Shown one piece after another: positions 49,400-63,358 of a stretch of DNA of 64,000 nucleotides (its first letter is position 1; every line of letters begins with the position of its first letter). A model generated the notes under the pieces. The model was given only the letters and a program-made list of their open reading frames with translations, searched no databases and was not told the DNA's origin. The stretch is from Hyphochytrium catenoides (lineage: Eukaryota; Protista; Hyphochytriomycota), in the NCBI GenBank assembly GCA_900088475.1, contig FLMG01001956.1:124001-188000 (forward strand). Direction: 5' to 3'. The translations under genes were made by a program, and so were the position numbers.

Positions 49400-52300
49400 A
49401 TGGAAAAGCCAAAAATGGAGATCTCCACAGCGCTGATACTCTTCAGTACTAGTGTGGTGGTGATCCCTTTCCTCCTCACAAAGGTACCTGCCCGCCCTGC
49501 AGTAGCCATAGAGTGGGAGTAAGGAGATGATCGCCTACGTGAACTGCTTACCTGTCTTCCTATTCTTCCCTCAGGCTGTCGAGTGGCTTATCCGGAAGGT
49601 CTTGTGCGCCGGACTTAACTGTAAGCTAGGCATGCATTTATCGTCGTGAACTCTTAAAGTATATGTCTAACCGTTAGCTGGGTAGATGCTATTGCTGGAA
49701 CTACGTCTGGGGACGGAGATAGCCGGATAACCGTAGCACGAGTGCACATTTCCTTACGGCGCGTTCTGCAGTGCTTGATCGTTGAGCGGACCTTGAATGG
49801 ACTGCTATCTGTCACCGTCTATGGTCCTTGTCTGCGTTACACAGTGGACGTAGGAACGGCCCTCAAGGCAGTAAAAGAGAGCCGCTTGCCAGTTGAAGAG
49901 GTGAATCAGGATGGAGACGGGACACATGCTTTGATCCGAGTACTTGGAGAGTCCCGCTTCTGGTTGTTACTGCGTGCGCTGGAGATTTTCCAGATTTCTC
50001 TTGTAGACTGCTTTNNNNNNNNNNNNNNNNNNNNNNNNNNNNNNNNNNNNNNNNNNNNNNNNNNNNNNNNNNNNNNNNNNNNNNNNNNNNNNNNNNNNNN
50101 NNNNNNNNNNNNNNNNNNNNNNNNNNNNNNNNNNNNNNNNNNAAGAATTGTAGCTCGTGTCTGCCGACGAGGAGAGGGACTCCTCAGCCTCTCTGAAGGG
50201 GCTCTCGATGTGAAGATGCGAGATGTCGCTCTGACGACCACTTTCAGGTATCGCGTCCTGGATTAAATCTGGACATTTGTTTCCTCCGTCAGCTGTTTTG
50301 GCCGTCTGTCTTACTCTAAACCACGGGTGGGATGGTGAGACGAGGTTCCGCCTTGTCCTTCAACACTTTTCCTTTGGTAGCTCGTCCGCCTTATTACAAG
50401 ATGTCTGGCTTCTGTACTCTCTTACGGGTGCAATCCTCATCAATGACTCTACTTATTGTCGCTATCGCCAGGAGAATTGATATGGATAGAGCAGACAACG
50501 ACCCGGATGTCCCTTTAGTGCTGGACTGTGATCTTAGGCTGCACCACCTGGCATGTACTTTCGAACGGACTAAAGTAGAGAGCTTGGTCGGCCTTTTGCA
50601 TGACCACAAAGTAACTCTCCTCCAAATCGTTGACCGTCCTATGGCCGGAACGAGGTCGCCCGACGCGAGCGTCCCTGGTATACCTCTCCGTGTAGCTGTA
50701 AGGGTCGAATCATCCGTCGCTCTTTCAATTCAGTTGGGAGACATAAGTCCTGGACCGTCCTCTATTGCCCTGGTGGTATCAAAAGTCAACGGAGAGATCA
50801 TTTCTCCTAGAGATAGGTGTTCCACCTATAGTGGTACTGACAGTCTGCTTACTTCCGAGGGTATCCAAGGCGACTTCAGGGCAGGGTCTTCCTGGCTGGA
50901 ACTGTGTGGCGCCAGTAACAGACGACAGAAGGTGGTCAAAGTTGAAGAACTAAGGTTTAAAGCATCCGCTGCTGCACCCCAGCAGCTCGAGCAGCCTGAA
51001 ATGCCACGGCCACAGCAAATAATGGCGGAAGTGACAAGCCCTAACTTGGTCTTTGATAATGAGCTAGTCAAAGTTCTTCTCTTAATTAAAGAGGTTGGAA
51101 GGGACATCCAAAAACGCTGGGGCCCCCATACCTCACAGATGCCCGTCACATTGTTGGTGGAGGAAGGACATCCAAACAAGCGTAGAAACTCAAACATTGG
51201 CATCAACTTGGCCTGTAAACTCCGAATCACTGACCTGTCACTAAACGTGATTCCTGAGGCGGCCTCATGTAACTTCTGCCCTGACGGGGTACAACATTCT
51301 TTCGGCATAAATCTTGAGGAAGTAAATGCTAGGTTAGACTACCGCGCTCACCCAGAGAACACAGAGGACTTTACAGGTTAGCCATAATACGGAGGCCATT
51401 TTACCTCTTGCCGTGAGCATGCTCACAACTTCTCGATTGATTTGCCAGTTTTGTACTGAACTTACATTTCCGTAGATGACACTCCCCGCCCCGCGGATGC
51501 CAGAGACACTCCTTGTTTGAATGTGTTAAGGGTGAAAGGAATGGCCGAAATCACTAATGTTCGCGGGGAGATTTATAGGGGAACCAAATCTGAAAAGTGA
51601 GTCCTACGGCGACCTCTTTCTAAATTATGCTAACCTCGTCTTACTATGTGCAACCTCTTCCCCCATGGTGTAGGTTCTTGACCTTGCAGTCCGCCCAAGT
51701 CTCTACAGAATACAGATGCTCTCAAACCCCACCATTAAGAGTCAACGTCTTTGGAGACACCGTACGGCTTGAATGGTCTCACCAACTTTTCGCCAGCCTT
51801 GGTGCGTCTTATGCAACTGCAAGGAAGTTGCTCGGTCTTCCTCCTCCTAATAAGCATACGCACACCGGAGATATCGGGAAGAATCCTCCCCATCAGGACG
51901 GAGCATGGTTCTGTGGCTTCGACCTCCCAGCTGTTAGAAGCATTCAAGGTGTCCTGGATCTTCTATCAAAGATACAAAGAGAGAACATAGACGTACAGAA
52001 AGAACAGATCCCACCTGGAATTCTAAGCCTTAGTCCGGGGTTTCTACACATGAAGCTGAAGAATGTTTTGGCCGCTTTCCCTTATAATCTAGAGCTGGGA
52101 GATTCGCCTCATCTCCTTGACATCATTTCCACGGAGAAGGTATCCCTTATGTCGGCCTTGGGCACAGATTGGCTGCTCTTTTCCTTGAGAAGAGTAAAGG
52201 CGTTTCACACTCTAAAAGCTCCAGGCAGTCCCGGCCGAAGTAGTAGCGGACCTCTGACACCCAGAGTCAAAGGATTGACCCAGCAAGGTGCGAGACAAAG

Positions 52301-55300
52301 AGTTCCATGCGATTCGGGCTTGAGACCAATTAAGGTCCAGCCAAGAGATTTACATATTAGTTCATTTTTTCTCAAAAGCTTTTGCTGTATCTGTGGTACT
52401 TAGGTTGAAAGCTCATGCATTACTGGTTCTTGGCCGCAAATCTATTTTACTTTAGGTCTCCTTGGCGCTCAGATTCCGTTCCTAACACTGGAGTCTTTTG
52501 GCATTGAGCAACGGCCAGTAGAAGGCAGTAGAGAATGCGTAATAGATATCCTAGGAAACGGTGTTAGGGGCTCCTGGGATCCACGGCTGCAGCTCGCGTT
52601 GATGAAAATCGTGAAAAATGTGACGTTCTCCGTCTGGGATATGCTCTTCCACATCTTTAGAGCCAACTATTCCTGGTAAGTAGGGCACAGGGTCGGTAAC
52701 CATAAGAGTCTCACTGAGTCTTTCATAGCTCCTACCCTCAGGGAGAGTTCAGAGGAGTGAACCGACCGTACGATGACGAGGAAGAATTGCAACGGTACGA
52801 AGCCCTATGCAAATCCCGGCTTAGCGCCAGTGGTGACCAGCTCCATCGCCTCCTCATCACAGATATTAAGGTAAAAGGAGAACGTCTATGAAGTTGTGGA
52901 CTAGCCTCGATGCTTCGCAGTATGTGCGTTCGGGTTTGTGTTCGTTGCTTCTTCCCATTTTGATGTACAAAGTAGCATGGGCTCTCTTTTTACTATTGGT
53001 CTATCCGTCTGATCTCATGACCGTTGAAGAGCGTGACTTCAAACTATTCTTCGATGTTATGGACTCCACGTCCATTGCGCCTCATCCCCCAACCCTTAAC
53101 CCTTCTTTTTCAAGATGTATGTCGGACTGACACAGAGAACCTTCCTGTGGCTCCTTTAGGTGGACATGCACATAAACTCCTCTACCATCCTGGATCTTTC
53201 TATTGGAAGTTTTGGGGGCGATGACCTACCAGAGCTCTGGCGCTTTGGGGATATATCGTTGGGGATCAACCAGACTCCGCTTCTCAGTGTAGAAAAGGTG
53301 GAAGTAGTGCACACCCTGGCCTTGGGATTGATAGAGGCAAAGAATCAGCCCCCACCGACAAGGCAAACCGGAGTTGAGGAAGCCGAGAGAATTGAAAATA
53401 GAAAATTCGAGTACATGCAGCCAGCAGAACCGGCTCAGGATGAAGCGCAGAGAAAGCCTCTTGTCTTTGGTGAATGGGGCCTGGCGCTTAGAAGAAGATT
53501 GGTTAGTCCACCTTTTGGCAGAACTGTGCATGCACGGCTCTATCTTCTCATGTCAATATGAAGCCTCAGTCCTAACTGGTCCTTAGCTTACAAAGGTGTT
53601 CTAGTCTTTAGTAACATATTGACTCTTCCTCGTTTGCCTTTCGCTAGCGGGCGGTGGCGAAGAAGAAGGACCTCCCTGCTCCCACTCTGTCTGCTGAAGG
53701 CTTTCTAATAGATGCGGAATGTATTCACGTACAAGTGGCCTACAATCTTCACATTGGAAAGGCTATTGACGGCATCCTGCTGCACATTCTCGCTCTCTTT
53801 AGGTCCATCATCAGACTACCAGGTACGGTACGGAGTGCTGAAAAGACAGACTAGTGGAGATTGACTTTGGCAGTGGGCCACTCTCCCAACGTTTTTGGTC
53901 TTTCTGAGCTGGCTCTCCATATTCGCTTTCATAAGTTCACCTTATTAGATTTTTCCTGTACACATCTCTCTCTTTCCTCTATATATTTCCTACTTTGGAT
54001 ATTCATACCGGCTCTATGGGCCTCCTGACGGTCTTAACTCTTCTGTTTTCGCACTACAATCAGGACTTCCACCTCCTTGCTTCTCTTATATGATACCTCC
54101 ATCTCCCATTGCATTCTAGGCAATTTCCAGCCTGACTCCGAAGAGTTTTTCAAGTACTTCGTCCGCTACCCTGGTCCTGGCCTTGAGAGGCCTCTTTTGT
54201 GGTGAGTCGTTGGGCTTTTGTATGCAGCTGTGCTCTGACTTGGCAGCTGGATTCTTGCTTGCCCGAAATCGATACTTTACCTATGCCAGGTTGAGGCTTC
54301 ATGATCTTCAGTTCTCTCTGGAAGACGATCCAATGGAGTCCTGGTTAGAGCGGATGTACCCATTGTGGGTTGACGAGCTAGAGGAAAGAGCATTAAGACA
54401 GGCAAGCACTAGATATCACGACGGAAACAGAAGACGAGGCGGTCATGACATGGCGGCACTGGGTCCGCAGCCTAACTCTCTGAGTTCATTCAGGAAATCT
54501 TCAGGAGGAAGTGTGAAGGTTTGCAAAAGTTCGACGCGGATACGGCCGCAGTGCTCGAACAGGCCGACACCCAGCGTTATATTGACGAAGCTAATGCCAC
54601 TGTCTACACCCAACGGGTCAAGCAAATGGTGAGCTTTTCAGAATCTAGATCCCGCCGCGAATTGATTGAATGTGACTGGTGAATGGTTCTGCGTCTATCC
54701 CTACCTAAAAACTGAGCTTCACCGTAATAACCCTTGAGTACTGAAATAGGAATCAAGCGAGAACCTTACCACCAAGGGCATCCAAGGACGTACACTGAAC
54801 GAGTCCGCTCGTTCTAACCTCTTTAAGCTATCAATCTCAAAGCTAGAAGTGGATGTCACCCTCTCTCAGGACTATGAAAGAAACTTCCTCTTGCTGCGTG
54901 AGCTAGATGAGTTTGACATCATGCAACTTGTCCATCTCTATAAAGAGGAAGACGACGCCAATCAAGCAAAGGAAGAGGTAGAATGGAATCCGGAGTTTAG
55001 CTTTCTTTCAGGTAGGTGGGGGCCGTGATAGAAAGGAAGAGAAGCACCCCTGGGTTACAACTGGCATCATGACTTCCTTATCCTTAGGCCTTGAAGTAGA
55101 CCTCAGGCTCGAAAATGCAGAAGCGAACATTCGGCGATTTCCTCTTCCTTTGGTGTCGGTAGAAAAAGCACAACTGAAAGGTATGTGACGGTTGGGAAGA
55201 CAATCGTGTGATAAAGCGATTTTGAACATCGTCTACGGCCTCGTGTCTGGGCAAGACTCAAGTCTCCAAACTCGAGTCCCTCCTCGGTCCGACTATAGGC

Positions 55301-58300
55301 ACCCTAAATTTTAAAAACCTTAGAGTGCACTAATCTCGCTAACTGGCCTTTGCCCTCAGTTGAGACCGTCCTAATGCAGACAACGGCAACTGAGACTTTT
55401 TGTGAGATTCATCTAATCGTTGTCGACGAAGGAGTGTCTGAGGAACTTACCACAGCACTCGTGCCNNNNNNNNNNNNNNNNNNNNNNNNNNNNNNNNNNN
55501 NNNNNNNNNNNNNNNNNNNNNNNNATAACAGGGAAATAGCGCATTTATTTTCATCTCGGTCAGAAGTTTAGTGATGACGACTAGCCATATCGAGGGAGTA
55601 CTGTCGGTCGCTGGAAGGACACGAGGAGGAAAAGGAGGTGATAGGTGGCTTGATGCCACGAGTGCATCACAGTTCTTCCATTTCTACCCTAACATCCTCT
55701 TTAGGTATATTTGCGAACAAGTGGAGACGTCGAATCGTTGTTTTTTAGCTACTCTCCCCAGTATGAGTACGCACTTGAAGAGATTGCAGTCTCAATCACA
55801 AGAATGTTACCAAAAGCTGTTGCAGCGGACCTCGTCCTCAGCAACCTTACAAGCCAGGTCCTCAAACCTTCACTCAAAGTACCGCCATCGCACCTACAAC
55901 TGTCTACATTTCCGCCATGTTCATAATTAGCATTAATAACGGTCGTCATTTTTCTCCTAATATCTCTTGTCTGCTGCTTCCATTCAGTCTGACACTACTT
56001 CGTCTGCAAGTTCCGTTCAGAAACAATCTACCCCTCGTTTTACGTCCGTCTAACCCTGCTACTCTTGCCTTACCCTGTGCTATGTACTTATTGCTTTTTT
56101 GAAAGGATGTTCAATGGTGGGATATTCTGCGGCAGACATTTCACGGCTCTTTCGGGTTTAGAGCTCGCAATAGCACCATCCAGCTTCTCTTGACGAGTAA
56201 CACTTACGATGTGTCAGGTGAGTCATAAGAGGTCTGGAAGAAGCGGACACGAGTTCTACTGGGGTAAAGATAGTTGTATTTCCAGGAGCCTAAGGAGTTG
56301 AGTGACAAACCACACATTAAGGAAGGGAGGTATACGAAGACAGAGAGAGAAAAAGATCTGTGGGAGCGTTTGCGTACTCAGCAAGTTATATCCTCATCCA
56401 TTGCTCCCACAGTTACGCTTGTAAACCTCACTGGCGCTATCCCTCGGTACGCCGCTAATCACATATTGTCGTCCACAGAATGTCTTCAGATCAGTGTTGG
56501 GGCCACTGAACTCTATGCGGAAAACGGAAGAATTGATATCGAGGCCACAGACGCCAGTTGCACTCATGTTCCCCATCCACCTCAGTTTTCTAACCTGATT
56601 GAAGTTCCAAGGTGGAGTTGATCACGAAGTGTTGATAGGGCTAGAAGGCACACTGCGGTGCCCGTCGATGCTGTTCTGCTTCCTATCTAATCTAACATCT
56701 ACTCCCGTCCCCCTGCGCAATGGCCACGACTAATCTTCCTTGACCTCCCTTGAGCTGAATACACTAATACCTAACGAACTGTCCCGCTGGTGCAGAGTGC
56801 GGCTATCAACTCGGGTTATATGGCAGTGCTTAGGAGATAGCAATAATCACTATGTCTTCCCTGTGAAGTTCCTCTCAGTGTCTTCCCGGTCGTCATTGTC
56901 AAACATCCTCACGACAAGGGTGACCTTAGGGAAGCGTCTGAAAGAATTCAAATCTAGGGGTTGGATACTAGACGTACACTTCCTATTGTTACCTTCCCAC
57001 GCTGATTCAGGTAAGCTTAACCCTTCCTTCCTCTTGCCGGAGTCTAAGTTTGCTTAAAAACTGTCAGTTATTCTACTAGATGTGGTTCTCCGCCTTGGCT
57101 ACATACCTTTCACTGCCGCACTCTGATTGCAGGCCATAAACCAACCTTGTCACGGTCGTCAATAGTATTTTATGGGACAAGCCTTCAATGGCTCCTGCGC
57201 TTCGTCAACTCTTACCAGCGAATTCCTCCATTTGCTTTCCCTAAAAAACGGAGTAGCGTGAATAAGGACAAACCTGGAAGAAGAAATAGGTTACTTGAGG
57301 AGATGAAGGGCATTAGGCTCTCGAACATAGGTAGGCAACTGATTGGGCTTACTGTGGAGGAGCGAGTTTTGGATCCATCCATTATATATTTTTTAGATGA
57401 TACCTACCAGCCAAAGACCATTAAATTCGTCCTAGCGCGGCGAGTACTGATCACTACTTTCCAGGCTTACAGGGTTTGGATGTAATCCTCCTTGACCACG
57501 CGGAGAGCTCTCTGGGCCTTCGGTTGAGCGTCGACGGTGGCGTCTCTTTTCAGGGTTCCTTTGTCGAGGAGAAGGGCGGAAGTGATCTCTTCGCTTCTAG
57601 GTCATTGAGAGTCGTAGACATACCTGGTGAGCATATACGTCTCTCTCCTCGATCACTGGACTTTCTGATCACCAACACTTTCTATAGGAAGAAGGATCTG
57701 GGCAATGCAAAATGCGTCTCTAGTTTTAGACTCCATACGTTCCAGCATCGTGGGGAGAAAGTCTGGCCCCGCCTATGGTGACCTTCTCTCGTGCTCAAAG
57801 ATCATTTTTCAACAAGATTCAGGTAAAAAGTAGGCATGTGAGGGGCGATTGAAGAGGTCACTAAGGTCTTATTTGAGGAAAGAGACGGTCAGACATGTTC
57901 TTCTCCTTCACTCGCCATCCAGTTGGTTCGGAGGGCGCCTTGCTGAGGGTTTTCGTTCCTTAGCCCTCGCCGCCGTTGGGGCCACTCTCTTAAGATCCTC
58001 TGCTGGGGTCTTTTGGGAAAGCTCACTCTCCCGCTCCTTCTTTCAGTCTGCACTTCAGGCGACCGGTTTCTTCGGTCAGATGTATCAGCTTTCGGTCACT
58101 TCGATCGCTGTGACTGGTCACAGCACAAAGACATAGCAAGTATTGTAAAGGGAAAGCAAGAAGGTTTGGTACGTGGCCGCACATAACTCTTGATAGCTTG
58201 CTTTTCCTGTCTGTGACAGTTTGCTTTTGCAGACGAGCTCAAACAGAAGTAAAAGAGGGGCTTCTTCTCCCGTTAAGGCAAATTTGCTCTCACTCTTTGA

Positions 58301-61300
58301 GATTGATCACGTTCGGTCGTTTGATAAGGTAAGGTGGTCGGGCATTGCCAATTAAGGTTCCCTCTGCCCTCCTGGGCTCTTTTCTGCGGCGTGTACCCTT
58401 TGAGCTTAGCCCTTGGGCTAGGTTTCAGAAAAACTGTCGTCCTTGAGACCTTGAGATGCACGTTAACTTACCACTAAGTGCTTATCCTGCTAACCCGCCT
58501 TTACTCTGCGTGATGCTGTCTCATCTCTGGACAGGACGCAGGTCTTCCATCGGTCAATGCTTATCGATTCCCATCGCCAACTAAGGGAAATGGTACTGGC
58601 CAAGAAAAAGTTGGTGAGGATTTGAGACAAGCATCCGATGAGCTCTCAGAAGTAGATGAAGAAGAAAAGGTGAGGGCAATGACATACAGGTTCTTAAGGG
58701 CTGCTTTTACAAATGGAAGATGGTGGTCTGACCTGGTGGCTGTTCTGTCGCATAGCCTTTATTTCGGGCGTTTCTAGAAAACGTGAAGGTCATGGTAACC
58801 ATTGAGGCGCGCGACTCTCTTTTTGAGCTGGGGCTCGCATACTACCAGCATATCCTAGGTGCCATGCCTTTCTTACTGGATCCACCATCTGCCTTTTTAG
58901 CAGAAGCAGGGAAGAGCGGTAAGCACAGACTATGTTAGAGAGGAACAGAAGGACCAATGCTGATTGGAAGAGGTGGTAGCCACGCAAGGAAGTCGGGAAC
59001 GCTTTGAAAAATGAAGCTAAGTTTGCAATAGTTAGTACCTCTGAGAGAATTAGGGATGGCAACTTTGGAAGGACTGAACGGGGAGGAAAAGGAAGAGGAA
59101 AGTAGATAAAGAATGCTGACGGCTCCTGCGCCTTTATGCTCATACAAGCTGATCCTCAACCCTCGGACCGCAAGGAGAAACATTCTGAACCTCAGAAGAC
59201 AGCGAAAACTCTTTTGGAAACATTCCTCAAGGGGGAGGGTGATGAGGTCACTGTAGACGCACTGGTAAAAGGAACCGGTACAAAAGGACCGCGTTACGCC
59301 ATAGGAGAAGACGTCACTAGACAAGCGATCTTAACGCATGAAATAGAAGAGCAAGGACGCGAAGCCCTGGAAACAAATGAAGGACCAAAGCCTTCACGGC
59401 TACTGCTGGTGGAGATTTTTGACACTCAGTTTAACATCACGGACTCTATCGGCAAAGGCTGCGCCGTCCTTAGCGTTAACTTTACCAGGTACGTACGAAG
59501 ATGAAGAATAGCATGAAGAATAACTACAGGGATAACCATCATAGAGGCAGTAGGATAGATGGTAAGGTGATAAGGGTATGGAGCTCTTGAGGACCCTTTA
59601 GAGGTAGCTTTCTAGAACTGCCTTCAGCGAGCCAAGGGACAAAATAGGAAGACACAGTTTCTGGCATACCTACAAAGAGCCGGTCGTCTTTGAAGTCAAC
59701 AGCTGTTATGACGTGTTAGTGTAGCTGACCTTCTGTTCTCTCTTGTAACTCTTATTTAGTCTCGAAACAATGATGCAGAAAGACTGGGAAAGCCACGAGA
59801 CCCGAATCCAGGTGGATGAACTCGTTCAGTACGTCGCCCCTACCGAGATAGACGTTGGTTCAATGTCAGGAATGTGGCTCTCGGGAGCTAACATGGGAGG
59901 AAGAAAGGTTGTGGAGACGGAGCAGAGCCTAACAACGACGGCACCGTCTACCTCCAAGGGAAATCGAGGCAGCGTGAACAGTACAAAGTAATGCTCCCGC
60001 TGTGTCATCCTAGTGTCCTTAACTGTTTTGAGACAGTCAGCACTCCCACTCATACGGCAAAGGCATCACTAGCATCACTCAATGATGCTAACCAGTGTCT
60101 GTACTGTCTGTGTGTAGGAATCAGGGCCTGTTGAAGCCCATTATGCATCCTCTTCCATTGCTATTGGCCCTGCGGATTGAGCATGGCGTGCCTTCCAATA
60201 CCTCGCTTCAAATATATGTTGAAGAGGTATACTAAGTTGACTTCTACCTAGCAGGTTTTGAGTCTCGTCTTGAACTCGTAGACCTCTAAATTTGCCGCAA
60301 GTCTTGAAGATTCTCACTTCTCCATCTAAGCTTCCACTTTTTTGGCAAACTAGCCTCTTCCTTCTTCGTTATGCACTCCTTTATTTCAATACCTCTATCT
60401 ACCGTCCCGCCTCTCACCGAAGCCCCGCCTTGCAGGAAATTGTCTTCGTCCTGAATAGTGATCAAGCTCATATGCTCAGTCGCGTGCTCTACAACCTTTG
60501 TCTGACACCTGTCAAACCCTTCCAAGAGCGGGAGACGCATGAGGTCACGAAAATGCTGAGAAGGCATTTAGGCTCCACCACTGTAGGAATTAAGCATGGA
60601 CAAAGTATAGCGGAGGTAAGAAGGGGCAGGTGGTGGCGCAGCCAACTAAGGTGGACCCATCGATAACTAAAAGCTACGCTTAATGGCTTTTAAAGAGGTA
60701 GATTCTTTTCCGAGGACTAAGTTACTGTTATCCTGTAGGAATGGCAGAAGAAAAGGAGGGAGCGGTGGAGACTGGGAAGTTTGAAATGGCTAGACAATCG
60801 AGCTCATCTGGATAAAGGTATCTTTCCAGCTCTGCGGCTGACGAGACCATGACGAACTGACATATCCTCCGCAGAACACCCACTGCTCCTACGATCTATT
60901 GGATCCACTTGGAAAACTTCTGGTAAGAACTGATCTCAGGAAAAGGATGATTAAAGCCGGCATTGAGCATGGCCTCTAACTGATCAACCCTGTTGGTGAA
61001 TTGCGAGGTAGTCCGCGAAGAGATCAAGTGGACTTTCAACTCCGATAGCTCTAAAGTTCTCGATCTCAGCCAGGTAAGTCGTGTCCTAGCTTCAGCAGAG
61101 GAATGGCACAAAGGGAGATAGGCGAGGCGCGGAAAGAGACAGGTCACACCCAGGTTGAGGAGATGTGTAGGTATCTGACTTCAGCCTCTCTATGGGACCT
61201 AGGAAATTGAGCATTCTAGCCGGAATTTGGAGGAATTGGCTGATAATCTGCACATGTTGGTTCGGGAGGAATACCAAAGGAATCAGCTTAAGCCAAACTT

Positions 61301-63358
61301 TGCGCTGGAACTCTCTCTTCAGGGACTGAAAGTCCAGCTACTGAAGGTGCATAGCTGGGATGTTTGGATTCATGTGAATGATACCTCTCCCAGTTTCCTT
61401 CGTTGTCACTCCCCTTTTTCTTTCTTGCCTAGCCTTATCTCTTACCTTGAGCTACTGATTGATGGTTCCTGTGCTGTGCAGATTGACGTGCCTTTTGTGG
61501 AGATATCTCTACGGCAAGTCTCAGTGGCTGCAAGCCTCAATGATGATGACTCGGGTAGCCTAAAACTTCTGATTCACGAACTGGAAGCTCTCAATTTGGC
61601 AAAAGATGAGTTCTACCCTGTCGCCATCAGGCCTTTCAGCGAAAGTGGCGTGGGTGAAAGGAAGGAATTCCTACAGCTGGGAATAGAGGTACATAGTGAA
61701 GTCATGAGTTCCCCTCAGTCCTGGCTTAATCTCCCTGGTGCCCATTGAGATTATGTGCTACTGGTCCGATATGGAGACCAGTTGGTTCCATTATAACCCT
61801 CCTCGTTATTGCTACCGTTGTTCTTTACCTCTTCTTCATCAGCTGGCCAGCCCTGTCGGAGGTATAACAATCGTCCAACTGGCGGAGGTCAACATTCACC
61901 CTTTGGAAGTGAATATCACGTTGGGGCTTCTGGAAAACATATCACAGTTTGTCCTCCAGAAGCCAGCCGTGAAAAAAGTCGCAATACCTGCTTCTGAAGA
62001 AGAGAAGCAGCGGTTCCTATTCGATGGTTCCAGGTAGACTCTAAACTCTCTAGTATGGAATAAATCTGGGCCACGCCCTAATGTCCTCTTGCATGGTTCT
62101 CTCTTTGCCGGTCGGATTGTTGGCCGTTCTAGCACGGAGCACACAAATAAGTCAATTCTATCAGTGCTCCCGACAAAGGGGGCGCTGCGGCGACGAGCGT
62201 CCGAGACCGGCCAGCCGCAAAGCAGGACCGGAAGCTTTACCGCACTGGGAGACCTAGACCTGAGAGCTCTGTTGAGTCCCAATGCTGAGCCTGAACAAGA
62301 TCACAAAGTGAGTAACCTAGCATTAAGCCCCCTTGCTTACGGACAGGTGAAGGGTTATGCGGAGCCAGAAACCCGTGATGCAAAAGGAGAACATAGCTCT
62401 ATATTGTCTTGTTACATCGAAACGGAGAGATAGGATCATGACCCTAGCAATGTATATGAGAAGGACCATCCTGGTCACTTATTAACTCACTCTTCTATCT
62501 CTCGCGCTTGCCTAGGTTACGCAAACCCAGCAATCTCGTCCGAATCACCAATCGCTTCAGGGTCCAGATTATGAGGGGACAGTCAACGACGCGGATTTGG
62601 AGATGATGAAGGAGAGAGCCAAGAGCAATGTCGTCTTCAGACGAGTGAGGTTAGGAGAGGTCAACGTTATCGTGAGCTATAAAGGAGGAGCAAGAGAAGG
62701 CGTGAACTTCGAGGACTTCAAAGGATTTTCCATCAAGCTACATACTCTCGTCTATACCAACAAGACCTGCACTTTGACGGACTTTGGTCTGAGGTTACGC
62801 AGAGACATTGTACTCGACTTGGTCTCTCAAGCCGGTCGGAACTTCAACAACATTGGGCTATTTTTCAAGGAAAAGTTCGACATCAGCCGCTGGCAAGTAT
62901 TTGAGCATCTCGCCCCTTCACTGCCGCTAACTCCAAGAGGTAACATCAGAGCAGAGGAGGATAGTCGGCTATCGCCTGGACCTTCCCCTAGGGGAGCATC
63001 ACCAGCTCTATCTCCAAAAGGACAACAAGAGCCACGTTCTCCTTCGGCAGGATCTACTAGTCAGTTAAGCCAAGGGATAGCGAACGAGGATCAGAGCTCA
63101 TCCACTCCGCACATCGGACACCTCGAGCCCGCGAGCCTGTTGCCAGTTGCATCGGGAGACGACGAGAAGTCCAAAGCTATTCTGATGTTTGGAAAAGAGC
63201 ACTCTGCTGTAGGTGGTGGTGCTGGCGGGAAAGGAGCGCAAGGTGCCAAGCTAGCCAACTTCAAAAAGAAGGTTGGAGGTGTGCTCCACAATCTTGTGCA
63301 GCGCTCCGACCATCCTCTACCAGCTCCTGGCTCGCCTCCCTCAAAAGATGCATCTTAG
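49400..63358 (+). CDS. BLTP2: Bridge-like lipid transfer protein BLTP2 / FMP27 / SABRE family, many exons
   Basis: N-terminal TM anchor (ALILFSTSVVVIPFLL); LQFSLEDDPMESWLERMY..ELEERALRQ; QWWDILRQTFHG (GFWDK-type block); Apt1-type C-terminus MKERAKSNVVFRRVRLGEVNVIVSYKG..FEDF..LHTLVYTNKT..D..LRRDI. Internal exon boundaries not all resolved. Confidence 0.88.
50015..50142. other. Assembly gap (N run) inside BLTP2
   Basis: Run of N. Confidence 1.
55466..55524. other. Assembly gap (N run) inside BLTP2
   Basis: Run of N. Confidence 1.
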
